Shown here: positions 31,238 to 41,424 of the stretch, in pieces | How the letters are laid out: each line of letters starts with the position of its first letter | Numbering within the stretch: the stretch's first letter is position 1 | DNA from: an uncultured Spirochaetota bacterium | Lineage (GTDB): Bacteria > Spirochaetota > Brevinematia > Brevinematales > JAOACQ01 | Reading direction: 5' to 3' | Assembly (NCBI GenBank): GCA_963835575.1 | Contig: CAWIGG010000002.1 | Coordinates: forward strand, 992,001 to 1,056,000 | DNA length: 64,000 nucleotides | Position numbers and translations under genes: made by a program | The notes under the pieces: generated by a model | Database searches by the model: none | What the model was told of the DNA's origin: nothing | The model's input: the letters and a program-made list of their open reading frames with translations, nothing else

Positions 31238-32095
31238 ATGGAATTAAAATATTTAATTTTTGTAATAATCATTTCGCTTTTACTCTTGAGCGCCTGCAGG
31301 GAATCTATGACCGACAGATTGATTTTTTCTCCGGCATATGCTGATAAATATAACTTTTCAAATATAAAAGCTCCGGAAAGCGAATGGGGCTTTTTCAGCA
31401 TCACGAACATTCCCGCGCAAAGTCCAATATATGCCCTCTGGATCAACGGGAAAAAAGACGGACCGGCAGTTCAAAGCGGAAAAACGGTCTTTTATCTGCA
31501 TGGCAATAATACCTGCATGGATAAAAGCGGCGTCAACGCGGGCAATCTGTTTTATGATGCCGGCATTGATTTTTTTACGATTGAATACAGGGGTTATGGT
31601 CAATCCGGGGATTTTTTCCCTACGGAAGAAAGCATCTATTCCGACGCGGAGGCCGGCCTGCGGTATTTAAAGACGGAAAAAGGCATTGATACAACCGATA
31701 TTATCATGACCGGTCATTCCCTCGGCTGCGCTCCGTCCGTTGAAATGGCCGTCAGGCACCGTTTTTATAAAGTGATGTTAATCTCCCCTTTTACCAGCGT
31801 CAACGACGCCGTTCAAGACCTGACCCATTCCCTGGCTCAAAAAAACTGGTATACCGATGTCATTTTTGATAATTTTTCCAAAATTAAACAGATAAAAAGC
31901 CCATTGATCTTTATTCATGGATTGAATGACGATCTCCTACCCTGTGTCTTTTCTAAAGTCATGTACGCTTTCGCCAATGAACCGAAAGAGATACTGATAA
32001 TAACCAATTGCGGACATCCGGATAGTGAAATCTTTTATAAAATAGGTAAATACCATATGAAAGATCTGGTCTATTTATTAACAAATAAAATGTGA
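31238..32095 (+). CDS. Alpha/beta hydrolase lipoprotein (ABHD17/BEM46-like)
   Basis: Lipobox LSAC; LHGN, EYRGYG, GHSLG, IHG..DD, GH. Confidence 0.88.
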   Translation: MELKYLIFVIIISLLLLSACRESMTDRLIFSPAYADKYNFSNIKAPESEWGFFSITNIPAQSPIYALWINGKKDGPAVQSGKTVFYLHGNNTCMDKSGVNAGNLFYDAGIDFFTIEYRGYGQSGDFFPTEESIYSDAEAGLRYLKTEKGIDTTDIIMTGHSLGCAPSVEMAVRHRFYKVMLISPFTSVNDAVQDLTHSLAQKNWYTDVIFDNFSKIKQIKSPLIFIHGLNDDLLPCVFSKVMYAFANEPKEILIITNCGHPDSEIFYKIGKYHMKDLVYLLTNKM

Positions 32096-32101
32096 TGAGG
32101 C

Positions 32102-32935
32102 TCACTTGAACATAAGCCCGATCAGCCGGTCCAGGATCGGTGAAGGTATCATGGTCGTCAAATTGTCAATCAGGATACTTTTTGAAATGATATAGCGGGC
32201 CTTCGGGTTTTTCTTAAGGAATATTTTATAGATTATCCCGGCGGCCTCATCGGAAGGCAGGCCCTGGTTGCCTCCGGCGATGAATTTTCCGGCGCCTGAT
32301 TGATAGCCTTTTTTATACCTCTCATTGACCTTCGGCAGGAGCTCTTTTTTAATCCTCTTCCAGCTGTTATTCCAGATCGGAGTGGCCACAGCGCCCGGTT
32401 CGAGGATGACAGTTTTTACCCCGAAAGGCCTCATTTCTCTCCTTAAGGATTCCGTAAAGCCCTCCAGAGCGAATTTTGAGGAGACATAAGGGGAAAAGTA
32501 GGGTAGTCCGATCCTACCGGCAAAAGAGCCGTTGATGATGATTTTTCCTTTGTCCTTGATCAGCAGGGGGATCAGTTTCTGCGTCAGGGAATAAAGGCCG
32601 AAATAGTTCACCTCAAAAACCTCACGGACGCCGCTGAGAGGCATATTCTCCACAGGGGCAGCCAGCACCATCCCGGAATTATGGATGAGGGCGGAGATTA
32701 TAAATCCTTTTTTTGAAAGATTTTTTACCGATGCCGCGAACGCCCCGATCTCCTTTTCCTTTCTCAGGTCCATTTTCTGCGTGATCAGGTTATTTTTAGC
32801 CGGGAATGGGGGATTAACCAGATAGGAAGCCAGGACAGTATAGCCTTCATCTAAAAAAACGCGGCAGAGGCTTTTTCCGATCCCGGTATCGCAGCCTGTA
32901 ATGACAATAAGATTTTTCTCATTATTTTTGTTCAT
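32102..32935 (-). CDS. Short-chain dehydrogenase/reductase
   Basis: ITGCDTGIG, YVSSK (YxxxK), LRREM, EPG. Confidence 0.93.
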   Translation of the reverse strand: MNKNNEKNLIVITGCDTGIGKSLCRVFLDEGYTVLASYLVNPPFPAKNNLITQKMDLRKEKEIGAFAASVKNLSKKGFIISALIHNSGMVLAAPVENMPLSGVREVFEVNYFGLYSLTQKLIPLLIKDKGKIIINGSFAGRIGLPYFSPYVSSKFALEGFTESLRREMRPFGVKTVILEPGAVATPIWNNSWKRIKKELLPKVNERYKKGYQSGAGKFIAGGNQGLPSDEAAGIIYKIFLKKNPKARYIISKSILIDNLTTMIPSPILDRLIGLMFK

Positions 32936-33290
32936 AAGGCCTCCTTACCGATAAAAAACATGGTTTTTAAAATTAATAAGTGTTAATATAATATATTATG
33001 CGGTATAATATTAGTCAAAAAATATATTAAAATATATGAGGGAAATTCCATTAAATAAAATGCAATAATATTGAATAAAAATTTCAAGAAAAGACGTCTG
33101 CAAAGGTAATATATAAAGACCTTTGCACAGTAAACTTAAGATAATTCGCTGCCTGATAAAACTTTAGGCAATAAATTGCCGCTTTAAACTGGACTTTTTC
33201 ACGGTTTCTATTTAATTATCCGTTAATGGTTTGCGGAAACCGTGCAAAAGTCTTATATAATAAGAACAGGAATAAAATTGGAGGTTTTCA

Positions 33291-33827
33291 ATGGCAAAGG
33301 ATATTTTTGCAAAAATGGTGGTCATTTTTATTCTGTCCATTTCTATGGGTTTAAGCTGTTCGAATAATTCCGGCAATGACTCAAAACAAACAGATAGTCC
33401 TTATGATCTTGTGATCTATAATGCCACAACAAGTCCATCTCTTCCGGTCACTTTTAAGACAAATGACAGGACATCCGTCAGCTTTACGGCATTTATATCG
33501 AATAAAGGAGCATTTATTACAAATTCATTGTTCATTATCGCAACCGTCTTTGTGACACACATATCCGGGATGAGTTATGCGGATATTGAAAAATGCTACC
33601 CATTAATAGCTAATGGAGTTCAATATAACATGCAGACGGGAGCCGTTCTTTCCATAACAATACCAGAATTTCCGCCGTTTGACATTTCCCAATTCACTGC
33701 GCCCGGCACAAATTATTATTATATTTTAACTTCTATAGATGATATTAATAATTACGAATATCCGGATAAAACTCCCGATGATAACGTCTATCAGTTGAAT
33801 TCTACGCCTGTTATTGTGACAGAATAA
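33291..33827 (+). CDS. Hypothetical lipoprotein (beta-rich, possibly CARDB/Ig-like)
   Basis: GGAGG RBS; lipobox LSC; DLVI..ISNKG..PG.YY..D..N....PDDN pattern. Confidence 0.6.
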   Translation: MAKDIFAKMVVIFILSISMGLSCSNNSGNDSKQTDSPYDLVIYNATTSPSLPVTFKTNDRTSVSFTAFISNKGAFITNSLFIIATVFVTHISGMSYADIEKCYPLIANGVQYNMQTGAVLSITIPEFPPFDISQFTAPGTNYYYILTSIDDINNYEYPDKTPDDNVYQLNSTPVIVTE

Positions 33828-33909
33828 ATATTTTACGAATGGTTTAAATTATTTCCAGGACTTAAATGGATTTTGGAGCTGTTTTTTAACAAATAATTGG
33901 AGTGATTTT

Positions 33910-34818
33910 ATGAAAAAGAAAATGAACGACTTAATTATTCTCAGTCTGGCGATTATTTCTTTAATGATGATGCTGTTTATATTAACGAATTGTACCATTG
34001 CTCCCGGCTCTTCCGGCACATCCGGCCCGGCCCCTGTTTACGGCCATACAAACAGGGTCGCCGTGATAGGCGACAGTATTTCGGCCGGGATTAATTCCGA
34101 TTATTTTTTACAAGGTAAAACTAATGCAACTTATGGATGGGTAGATATGCTGAACGGCGAAGGCTATACCGGTATTCCGGCCCCGGATCCGAATATTCAT
34201 GCAATCTGGCCTGATACGCTTGTTATCCTCAATAATTATGCGGGATCGGGATTAACGGCCGTGTACTGGAATAATTCTTCCGTTCTGGCGCCTGTCATCA
34301 GCTTCAATCCGGATATCATTATCGTCTTTATCGGGGCCAATGATGTTCTCAATTCTGTAAGGGATAAAAGCCATCCCGGCATAATACCGGACAGCGATAT
34401 GATAGCGCTGACCAACAATATAGGCGGGATATTGGATAAGCTGACAAATAGTCTCACAAACGCCAGGCTTGCCCTGATTGATTATTACGATTTTCTGGAC
34501 GGCCGCAGTAGAGACCTGACAAATTCTTCCACTTTAAGTATGTTCAACTATTTTTCAAATATGTCGGAATACACTACCAATGGAAACTTAATGATGTCTA
34601 ACCTGGCCCTTGGATATGGAGCAAAATTCATTGACATATATCCCGGATTTTTGAACCATTGCTACGGCAGTCTCCTGGGCGGGTCCCATTCATTGCCTGA
34701 TTTTGTCAATTTTGGATTATATACTTTCACGAATTATATAGATCCTCATCCGACAACAGCGGGTCACGGCAACATATTTGTCACAGTCCTGAATGTTATT
34801 AAGTATATGACGAATTGA
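33910..34818 (+). CDS. SGNH/GDSL hydrolase lipoprotein
   Basis: GDSIS, AGSG, IGAND, DPHP blocks; lipobox-like TNC. Confidence 0.9.
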   Translation: MKKKMNDLIILSLAIISLMMMLFILTNCTIAPGSSGTSGPAPVYGHTNRVAVIGDSISAGINSDYFLQGKTNATYGWVDMLNGEGYTGIPAPDPNIHAIWPDTLVILNNYAGSGLTAVYWNNSSVLAPVISFNPDIIIVFIGANDVLNSVRDKSHPGIIPDSDMIALTNNIGGILDKLTNSLTNARLALIDYYDFLDGRSRDLTNSSTLSMFNYFSNMSEYTTNGNLMMSNLALGYGAKFIDIYPGFLNHCYGSLLGGSHSLPDFVNFGLYTFTNYIDPHPTTAGHGNIFVTVLNVIKYMTN

Positions 34819-34819
34819 T

Positions 34820-36673
34820 TCAATAGCTCAATCCGTACCCATAGGGATAAAGCACATCGATTTTCGTATCCCCTGTATTGGCGTTCCAGAATTTGTCGTC
34901 CTTCGGCCATGTGAAGGGGAGCTTTCCCGTCGGGTTGTAATCGCCGAACAGGACATCCGCTACGCCCTGTCCCTCCGTGCCCGGGAGCCATGCCGCGAGC
35001 AACGCCTGACATTTTTCATCAAATAAAGAAGTAACGACGGGCCTCCCGGATAGAATGACAACGATGGTCGGTATGTCCTTGTTCTGAAGCTGGTCAATCA
35101 AGTCCATATCATCATATTCAGGGATCGGCGTTGTGCTGTCGCCCAGCATTTCGGCATATGGCTTTTCACCGATCACAATAAGGAACGCGTCAATATTTTT
35201 TACTTTTCCGCTGGAAATGTCTTTTAAATCCGTTACATATGTCACTTCCGTTTTTTTGGAAACGGTATTTTTTACTGCCTTGAGGATTGTCGTGCCTGTC
35301 TGCTGGCTTGTCAGCGATCCCTGCCAGTTGATAGTCCAGCCGCCGCATTGAGCGCCGATATTATCGGCTTTGGGGCCGAGAACGACCAGGTGCTTGATGC
35401 TTTTTGCAAGCGGAAGCGCCTTGTTTACATTCTTGAGCAGGACGATGGATTCCCGGACGGCCTGACGGGCTATTTCGCGGTGTTTTTTTGAACCGAATTC
35501 TCTTACAGCGCCGATATTTCCATGCGGGTGGTCGAAAAGGCCCATTTCATATTTAACCCTCAGGATCCTCGCCGCCGCGTCATCAATCCTTTCGGGACTG
35601 ATTTTCCCTTCTTTTACCGCTTTTTCCACAGTCGCTATGAAGAGCTCATATTTGTCCGGCACCATTACCATATCGATCCCGGCGTTGATCGATTCCGTTA
35701 CCTGGTCTAAATATTTGCCTGGAAGATCCTCGATGGCCTGCCAGTCCGATACCAGAAAGCCGCCGAACTGAAGCTCACCTTTCAGGACATCGGTCAGCCA
35801 TTTTTTATTTCCATGCATTTTTTCTCCGTTAACGCTTGAATAGGAAACCATAATCGATTCGGCGCCGGCTTTAATAGCCTCTATATAAGGTTTTAAAAAT
35901 ATACTGCGTAAAACATCTTCTTTTACCCTTGCGTCGCCCCTGTCCAGGATTCCGGTTATTCCGGTCCCGTAAAATGTTCCCCCGTCGGCCAGGTAATGCT
36001 TGGGGCAGGCAAGAACGCTGGAAGAGTCTGAATTATCGGACCCTTGGAAGCCTCTGACAGCCGCCGAACCCAGAAGGGCGACCAGCTCGGGGTCTTCGCT
36101 GTAGCTTTCATAAGTCCTTCCCCATCTTTTGTCTCTGGCAACGGCCACGCAGGGAGCAAAAACCCAGTTGATGCCGAGAGACGCGCTTTCCAGTGCTGTA
36201 ATCCTGGCCGCTTTTTCAACAAGGCCGGGATCGCGCGTCGCGCCCATTCCGGCGTTATGCGGAAAAACAACCGCTCCGAGGATTCTTGCGTTGCCATGAA
36301 CGGCGTCAATACCGTACAGGATGGGAATTTTAAGCCTTGTCTGCAATGCGTATGATTGATAATAGCTTGTATAATTAACCCAGTCGGAGGGACCGTTCCC
36401 TTCGGCAGGCGATGTATTTCCGCCGCTCAGAAGCGATCCGATAAAATATTTTTTTACATCGGCAGGATTCTGCATATAGGAAGTATCGACCTGCGTCATC
36501 TGGCCGATCTTTTCCAGAAGCGTCATTTTAGCCAGGAGAGTTCTGACCCTTTTGTCAATGATATCATCAGCATAGGACAGAAGCGCAGAAATTTGAAATA
36601 TAAATAACAATAATGATAAGATTACCAGCCGCTTTCCGGTCTGTCTGGTCCGATGCCGTTTTTTATTAACCAT
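34820..36673 (-). CDS. Glycoside hydrolase family 3 beta-glucosidase
   Basis: EKIGQMTQ, IDAVHG, RWGRTYESYSED, PKHY, VSDW, GEKPYAE, AWLPG.EG. Confidence 0.95.
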   Translation of the reverse strand: MVNKKRHRTRQTGKRLVILSLLLFIFQISALLSYADDIIDKRVRTLLAKMTLLEKIGQMTQVDTSYMQNPADVKKYFIGSLLSGGNTSPAEGNGPSDWVNYTSYYQSYALQTRLKIPILYGIDAVHGNARILGAVVFPHNAGMGATRDPGLVEKAARITALESASLGINWVFAPCVAVARDKRWGRTYESYSEDPELVALLGSAAVRGFQGSDNSDSSSVLACPKHYLADGGTFYGTGITGILDRGDARVKEDVLRSIFLKPYIEAIKAGAESIMVSYSSVNGEKMHGNKKWLTDVLKGELQFGGFLVSDWQAIEDLPGKYLDQVTESINAGIDMVMVPDKYELFIATVEKAVKEGKISPERIDDAAARILRVKYEMGLFDHPHGNIGAVREFGSKKHREIARQAVRESIVLLKNVNKALPLAKSIKHLVVLGPKADNIGAQCGGWTINWQGSLTSQQTGTTILKAVKNTVSKKTEVTYVTDLKDISSGKVKNIDAFLIVIGEKPYAEMLGDSTTPIPEYDDMDLIDQLQNKDIPTIVVILSGRPVVTSLFDEKCQALLAAWLPGTEGQGVADVLFGDYNPTGKLPFTWPKDDKFWNANTGDTKIDVLYPYGYGLSY

Positions 36674-37037
36674 ACTTTTCTCCTCAAGTTTGCATTTTTT
36701 TAATATATCTTATTACAGAAAATCCTGAAAATAATTGTATTTTATGAACTTTCAACGTTGTTCTGTATTATGCATCTTTTGCAAAAAAACCGCCTTATCT
36801 TAATGACAGAATAATAAACTGTCAATAAATGGAATATCACTTATGATTAAATGAAAACGGCCTGATTTTATCAGGAAAGAATTTTTTGTTCTTACAAATC
36901 ATAAAAAATATTTTTTATTTTCTTTTCAAAAAATGATTAAAAAAGACGTAGTATATATAGAACTGGATTTCTATTTTTTATTTAATTTAAGATTTTAATA
37001 GTTATCATTTGTATAAAAATTGAATAGGGGGCCGGCT

Positions 37038-37685
37038 ATGAAAATAGGTATCATTGACAGCGGCGCTGACAGAATATTCGCGAAAGATTATTCTCTGATT
37101 ATTAAATCCGCTTTTGTTTTTAAAGAGAACCCGGAAAAGATCAGTCTGCAGGCTTTTGAGTATAATAACAGAGATATTTCAGAATGGCTGAAGGGCAGAA
37201 GCGACATTCTGTCTGATGAAATCGGCCATGGAACGGCCGTTCTATCCATTATCTCTAAAAAATATCCCGACGCGGAATATTACATAGCCAAAATGATCGA
37301 TTACAAAAATGACTATTATTCACGCTGTCTTTTGGAATCACTGCGCTGGATGGTGGAAAAGGCGGCTCCGGACATCATCAATATAAGCTACGGCACAGTA
37401 GACAGCGGAGTGAGAGAGGAATTGTACCAATTAACTAAGAGAGGAAAAGAAAAAGGAATAAAAATTTACGCGGCGGGAAGCTCCTATCTCAGTTATCCCG
37501 CTGTTTTTGATACTGTAATCACCGTGACGGATACAAGGACGATCGACAGCAAATGCCACTGGATCATGCAGATGGCCGTGGACAAGATCGTCAGTGATGA
37601 ATATGTGGAGATATGGCGCAATAATGAGTGGATAAAGGACCATGTTTATCCCGGCTGGGCCAGCGCCATGGTGGTAGAAGACTGA
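37038..37685 (+). CDS. Minimal S8 subtilase-like protein lacking the canonical catalytic Ser motif
   Basis: IGIIDSG, GHGTAV, IINISYG, AAG, YPA; C-terminal YPGWASA where GTS/GNS is expected. Confidence 0.65.
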   Translation: MKIGIIDSGADRIFAKDYSLIIKSAFVFKENPEKISLQAFEYNNRDISEWLKGRSDILSDEIGHGTAVLSIISKKYPDAEYYIAKMIDYKNDYYSRCLLESLRWMVEKAAPDIINISYGTVDSGVREELYQLTKRGKEKGIKIYAAGSSYLSYPAVFDTVITVTDTRTIDSKCHWIMQMAVDKIVSDEYVEIWRNNEWIKDHVYPGWASAMVVED

Positions 37686-37757
37686 GAATCATTATAAAAG
37701 AGTCCCGGGTGATTGCCGACACTGAAAAGAAATTTGAATATGCGAAAGTAGATTAAA

Positions 37758-37777
37758 TATGGTGATGTCATAGATAT
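37758..37777 (+). repeat. Left 20-bp direct repeat of the DUF3800 cassette
   Basis: TATGGTGATGTCATAGATAT; 19/20 match to 38952-38971. Confidence 0.75.
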
Positions 37778-37881
37778 AGGAAGAAATAAATCGTGAACTA
37801 TAAATTTTGTTTAAAAAATAAATATTAGAATATATTAGGAATTTTGGCAAATTAGTTGCACCTACTATATTAGCAAAACAC

Positions 37882-37910
37882 TTGACATCGTTTAAAGATA
37901 ATGGTATATT
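37882..37910 (+). promoter_or_regulatory. Strong sigma70 promoter
   Basis: TTGACA-17 bp-TATATT with extended -10 TG. Confidence 0.75.
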
Positions 37911-37916
37911 ATTTAA

Positions 37917-38031
37917 CGTTCATTATTTATATTTTCTATAAAATATCCGATAATGAAAAAAAGCGTCTGGAAGGAGCCGCAAAGCGTCTCTCAGAAAGGC
38001 TATATTGCCTTACATCCAGTCGCTTTTTTTT
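37917..38031 (+). ncRNA. Candidate DUF3800-associated structured RNA
   Basis: 5' AU-rich hairpin, then a three-way junction closed by AAAAAAAGCG.CTGGA/TCCAG.CGCTTTTTTT and ending in T8; lies between the promoter and the DUF3800 gene. Confidence 0.6.
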
Positions 38032-38058
38032 ATATTCCATTATTTATAGGAAGAAATT

Positions 38059-38946
38059 ATGTTTCTATGTTATATTGACGAATCAGGCACACCAGAAGTA
38101 CCAGGGAATTCAAAATATTATGTATTAGCAGGAATTGCTATACCAATCACAAAATGGAAAGATTGTGAAAATGATATAAATAGAGTAAAAGGCAATTACG
38201 CACTTCAAAATGATGAAATTCATACAGCATGGTTGAGTCGCAAATATATTGAACAAAGTAAAATTCCAAATTTTGAAACTTTAAATTATCATCAAAGAAG
38301 ATTTGAAGTAGAACAAATAAGGAATAATGAATTATTAAAACTTCAAAGATCAAGAAAAAATAAGTTATACATACAAACAAAGAAAAATTACAAACAAACT
38401 AATGCCTATATCCATTTAACATATAATGAAAGAATAGACTTTTTAATTGATATAGCTAAATTAATTTCCGGATGGGGATATGTAAGATTATTTGCCGAAT
38501 GTATTGATAAATTTTATTTTGATCCAGCTAAAACAAAACGTAGTATTGCAGAACAAGGATTTGAACAAGTAGTGTCTCGTTTTGAACATTATTTATCATT
38601 ATGTGGCAAGTCCACAAAAATATTTGGGTTACTTATTCACGATAATAATGAAACAGTTGCAAAAAAACATACTGAATTAATGAAAAACTTTCATGCCAAT
38701 GGAACATTTTGGACTGGTATCAATAATATTATTGAAACTCCTTTATTTGTTAATTCAGAACTAACAAGCATGATTCAGATAGCTGATCTTTGTAGTTATA
38801 GTTTGCGTAGATATTTAGAAAATGCAGAAACTGATTTATTTAAACTAATATTTACTCGGGCTGATACTCACAATGGAAAATGTGTAGGAGTTAGACATTT
38901 TACAAATGCTTCTTGTACTTGCATAATCTGTCAATCTCATAAATAA
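38059..38946 (+). CDS. DUF3800-domain protein (RNase H-like fold)
   Basis: N-terminal YIDESG, EIH, C-terminal IQIADL..Y; ends in H..CTCIIC; visibly AT-rich. Confidence 0.88.
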   Translation: MFLCYIDESGTPEVPGNSKYYVLAGIAIPITKWKDCENDINRVKGNYALQNDEIHTAWLSRKYIEQSKIPNFETLNYHQRRFEVEQIRNNELLKLQRSRKNKLYIQTKKNYKQTNAYIHLTYNERIDFLIDIAKLISGWGYVRLFAECIDKFYFDPAKTKRSIAEQGFEQVVSRFEHYLSLCGKSTKIFGLLIHDNNETVAKKHTELMKNFHANGTFWTGINNIIETPLFVNSELTSMIQIADLCSYSLRRYLENAETDLFKLIFTRADTHNGKCVGVRHFTNASCTCIICQSHK

Positions 38947-38951
38947 AGAAT

Positions 38952-38971
38952 TATGGTGATGTCTTAGATAT
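38952..38971 (+). repeat. Right 20-bp direct repeat of the DUF3800 cassette
   Basis: TATGGTGATGTCTTAGATAT, 5 bp after the stop codon. Confidence 0.75.
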
Positions 38972-39028
38972 TTTTTGTTTTTATATTGATATTTTTGTTA
39001 TTTAAAATTATCAAATCAATCTCCAATC

Positions 39029-40018
39029 TCAAATCTTTACCCACACGCCTTTTCCACCCGATTTAAACAGAGCGTCGAGGACCTTCATATTATTGACCGC
39101 GTCTTCCGGCGGGATGGGAACTTCCGTATCCTCTCTCACGGCCTTCGCGAACGCGTCGAACTGAAGAAGGTAATGGTCCGAAGCCTCCGTTTTGATGATC
39201 TCCGCCGGCTTTCCCCCTCTTGCCAGGATGATGGAAGCGGGCTTGCCGGGTAGAGGATTAAATGGAATTTCAATGATCAGGACGCCTTCGCTGCCATGAA
39301 CTTCCACTTTCTGCCAGTTGTAAGTCTGCGTTGAAACTGTAAAGACCGTCCTGGCGTCCTCAAAGTCCAGAATTCCCGACGAGAGGACATCGGTCCCGAA
39401 ATCCTCGTCAAAGGCGTTCAGGCCGGCCGCGCGCCAGGGTTCGGATTCCAGGAGGAAGCGGGACGAGGAAACGGCGTAGCAGCCGATATCGAGGAGCGCG
39501 CCCCCGCCGTAGGCCTTGATGTTCCTGATGTCGTCGGGGTTTTTATTATTGTATCCGAAGAAAACGTATATCGACTGGACCTTTCCGATCCTTCCTTTTT
39601 TGACAATCTCCAGGGCTTTAATCCACTGCGGATGGAACCGGTACATGAACGCTTCCATGATTTTAACATCCTTTTTACGGGCATAGTCAACGGCTTTACT
39701 TGCCTCATCAGCGTTCATGGCTATGGGCTTTTCGCAGATGATGTGCTTTCCGGCATCAGCGGATTTTTTGATCCATTCCAGGTGGAGGTGGTTGGGCAGC
39801 GGAATGAAGACCATCTCAATGGATGGATCGCCCAGCAGCTCTTCATAGGATGAAAACCACCGCGGTATGCCGTATTTTTTCGACGCTTCCTCTGCTTTTT
39901 CAGAGGAGCGGGATGCGACCGCATAAAGTTCTACAAGCTTCGATTTTTTAACAGGCGGAAGTACTCTTGAGATAAAATGGCTGGAAACTCCCAGGACCCC
40001 CATTCTGACAGGTTTCAT
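39029..40018 (-). CDS. Gfo/Idh/MocA family oxidoreductase
   Basis: PLPNHLH, GKHIICEKP, EAFMYRFHP, GGGALLDIGCY. Confidence 0.95.
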   Translation of the reverse strand: MKPVRMGVLGVSSHFISRVLPPVKKSKLVELYAVASRSSEKAEEASKKYGIPRWFSSYEELLGDPSIEMVFIPLPNHLHLEWIKKSADAGKHIICEKPIAMNADEASKAVDYARKKDVKIMEAFMYRFHPQWIKALEIVKKGRIGKVQSIYVFFGYNNKNPDDIRNIKAYGGGALLDIGCYAVSSSRFLLESEPWRAAGLNAFDEDFGTDVLSSGILDFEDARTVFTVSTQTYNWQKVEVHGSEGVLIIEIPFNPLPGKPASIILARGGKPAEIIKTEASDHYLLQFDAFAKAVREDTEVPIPPEDAVNNMKVLDALFKSGGKGVWVKI

Positions 40019-40080
40019 ATGCGCCTCCTCTATTTTTGGCGGGCTATCGGACAGCCTTAATTACATCTTTGACCGCTTAT

Positions 40081-41037
40081 TTAATCGACAAATTTTTTTA
40101 TAAGTCCGACGACTTCGGGACCGAGATAATCGTGATCCTTGCCTTTGAACATAAAGACCGTGACATCGACTCCGGCATTACGCATTTTATCAGCATAGGC
40201 GTTTCCTTCGTCGCGAAGCGGATCGAGCTCGCAAGTGACGACTAAAGCCCTCGGCAGGCTGGCAAACGATGAAGCCTTTATCGGATGTGCATAAGGATCA
40301 TTCGCGTACTTTTCCGGGTCGCCGGTATACAGCCTCTCGAAACTCTCCATACTCTTCTTCGTCAATATCGATCTGCCTGCATTTTTCACACGCGATGGAA
40401 AAGGCTTGTCATTATCATCAGTTCCGACCGGCGGGCACAATAAAATCTGTCCTTCTATCCTGGCTCCGGATTTATCGCGGGACATCTGGGACAGAACAGC
40501 GGCAATTTGTGCGCCCGCGCTGTCGCCGGCAACGTAGACCTTATGAGGATCAATACCGAGTCTTTTATAATTTTCAGACGCCCATTTCAGTACGGCATAT
40601 GAGTCGTTAATCCCCTGAGGGTAAGGATGCTCGGGAGCAAGCCCGTAATCAACGGATATGACGACTGTATTGCATTCCTTCGCGATCCTTCGTGTGAATC
40701 CGTCGGTCATCTCGATTCCGCCGAGAATAAATCCGCCTCCATGCATATAAATGACAACTTTCGAGGAAGCAAGAACGCCGATCGGTGTATAAATCCTGAT
40801 GGCGACATTTCCATTTGGACCGGGAACAGACATATCTTCGATGTTTTTCAGTTTTATGTCTTTGGATTGCAGGGATATATTGCTGTTTTTTTTCATCACC
40901 GTAAGATTTTCTTCTATATGATCCATCATATACCTGACATAAAGCGGAAATATGAGAAAATTAAAGGCAATAATACATAAAAAAATAATACAAACAATAA
41001 TTGAAGGAATCAATATTAATTTGGTTTTTGTTTTCAT
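40081..41037 (-). CDS. HSL-family esterase/lipase with N-terminal membrane anchor
   Basis: HGGG, DY.LAPEHPYP, GDSAG, DPLRDEG, H. Confidence 0.93.
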   Translation of the reverse strand: MKTKTKLILIPSIIVCIIFLCIIAFNFLIFPLYVRYMMDHIEENLTVMKKNSNISLQSKDIKLKNIEDMSVPGPNGNVAIRIYTPIGVLASSKVVIYMHGGGFILGGIEMTDGFTRRIAKECNTVVISVDYGLAPEHPYPQGINDSYAVLKWASENYKRLGIDPHKVYVAGDSAGAQIAAVLSQMSRDKSGARIEGQILLCPPVGTDDNDKPFPSRVKNAGRSILTKKSMESFERLYTGDPEKYANDPYAHPIKASSFASLPRALVVTCELDPLRDEGNAYADKMRNAGVDVTVFMFKGKDHDYLGPEVVGLIKKFVD

Positions 41038-41198
41038 ATTTACTCCTTATGAACAATATCAGTATTGGATATTTAATACCTGAAATTTCATCTATTAAAA
41101 ATAATAAACAAAATCCGATTAAAAAGCAAAAAGATTCAGGGCAGTTCAAAATAAAATTTCAAACTTTTCATAAAAACAATCCGGTTTTATCACCGTCT

Positions 41199-41227
41199 TT
41201 GACATTTCATAGTGGGTTTCTTATAAT
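41199..41227 (+). promoter_or_regulatory. Perfect consensus sigma70 promoter
   Basis: TTGACA-17 bp-TATAAT. Confidence 0.75.
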
Positions 41228-41247
41228 ATAGCCCATTTTTCAGCAGG

Positions 41248-41424
41248 TTGTACAGATTTATGCTGCTGCTGAGTTCTCTTGTTGGTGTCCTTCGGCTTTA
41301 TTTGGGAACTAAGCTTGTCGAACCACGAACTCCGAATGACAACGAATGGGCAGCAGCGTATTTTAGATCACAGAAAAATAAATCATTAGTGGCAGTTCAA
41401 AAATTTTACGATTTTTGAACTGCC
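41248..41424. repeat. Composite palindromic element related to 5653-5855
   Basis: TATGCTGCTGCT/GGCAGCAGCGTA stem plus GGCAGTTCAAAAAT/ATTTTTGAACTGCC (41391-41424). Confidence 0.6.
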
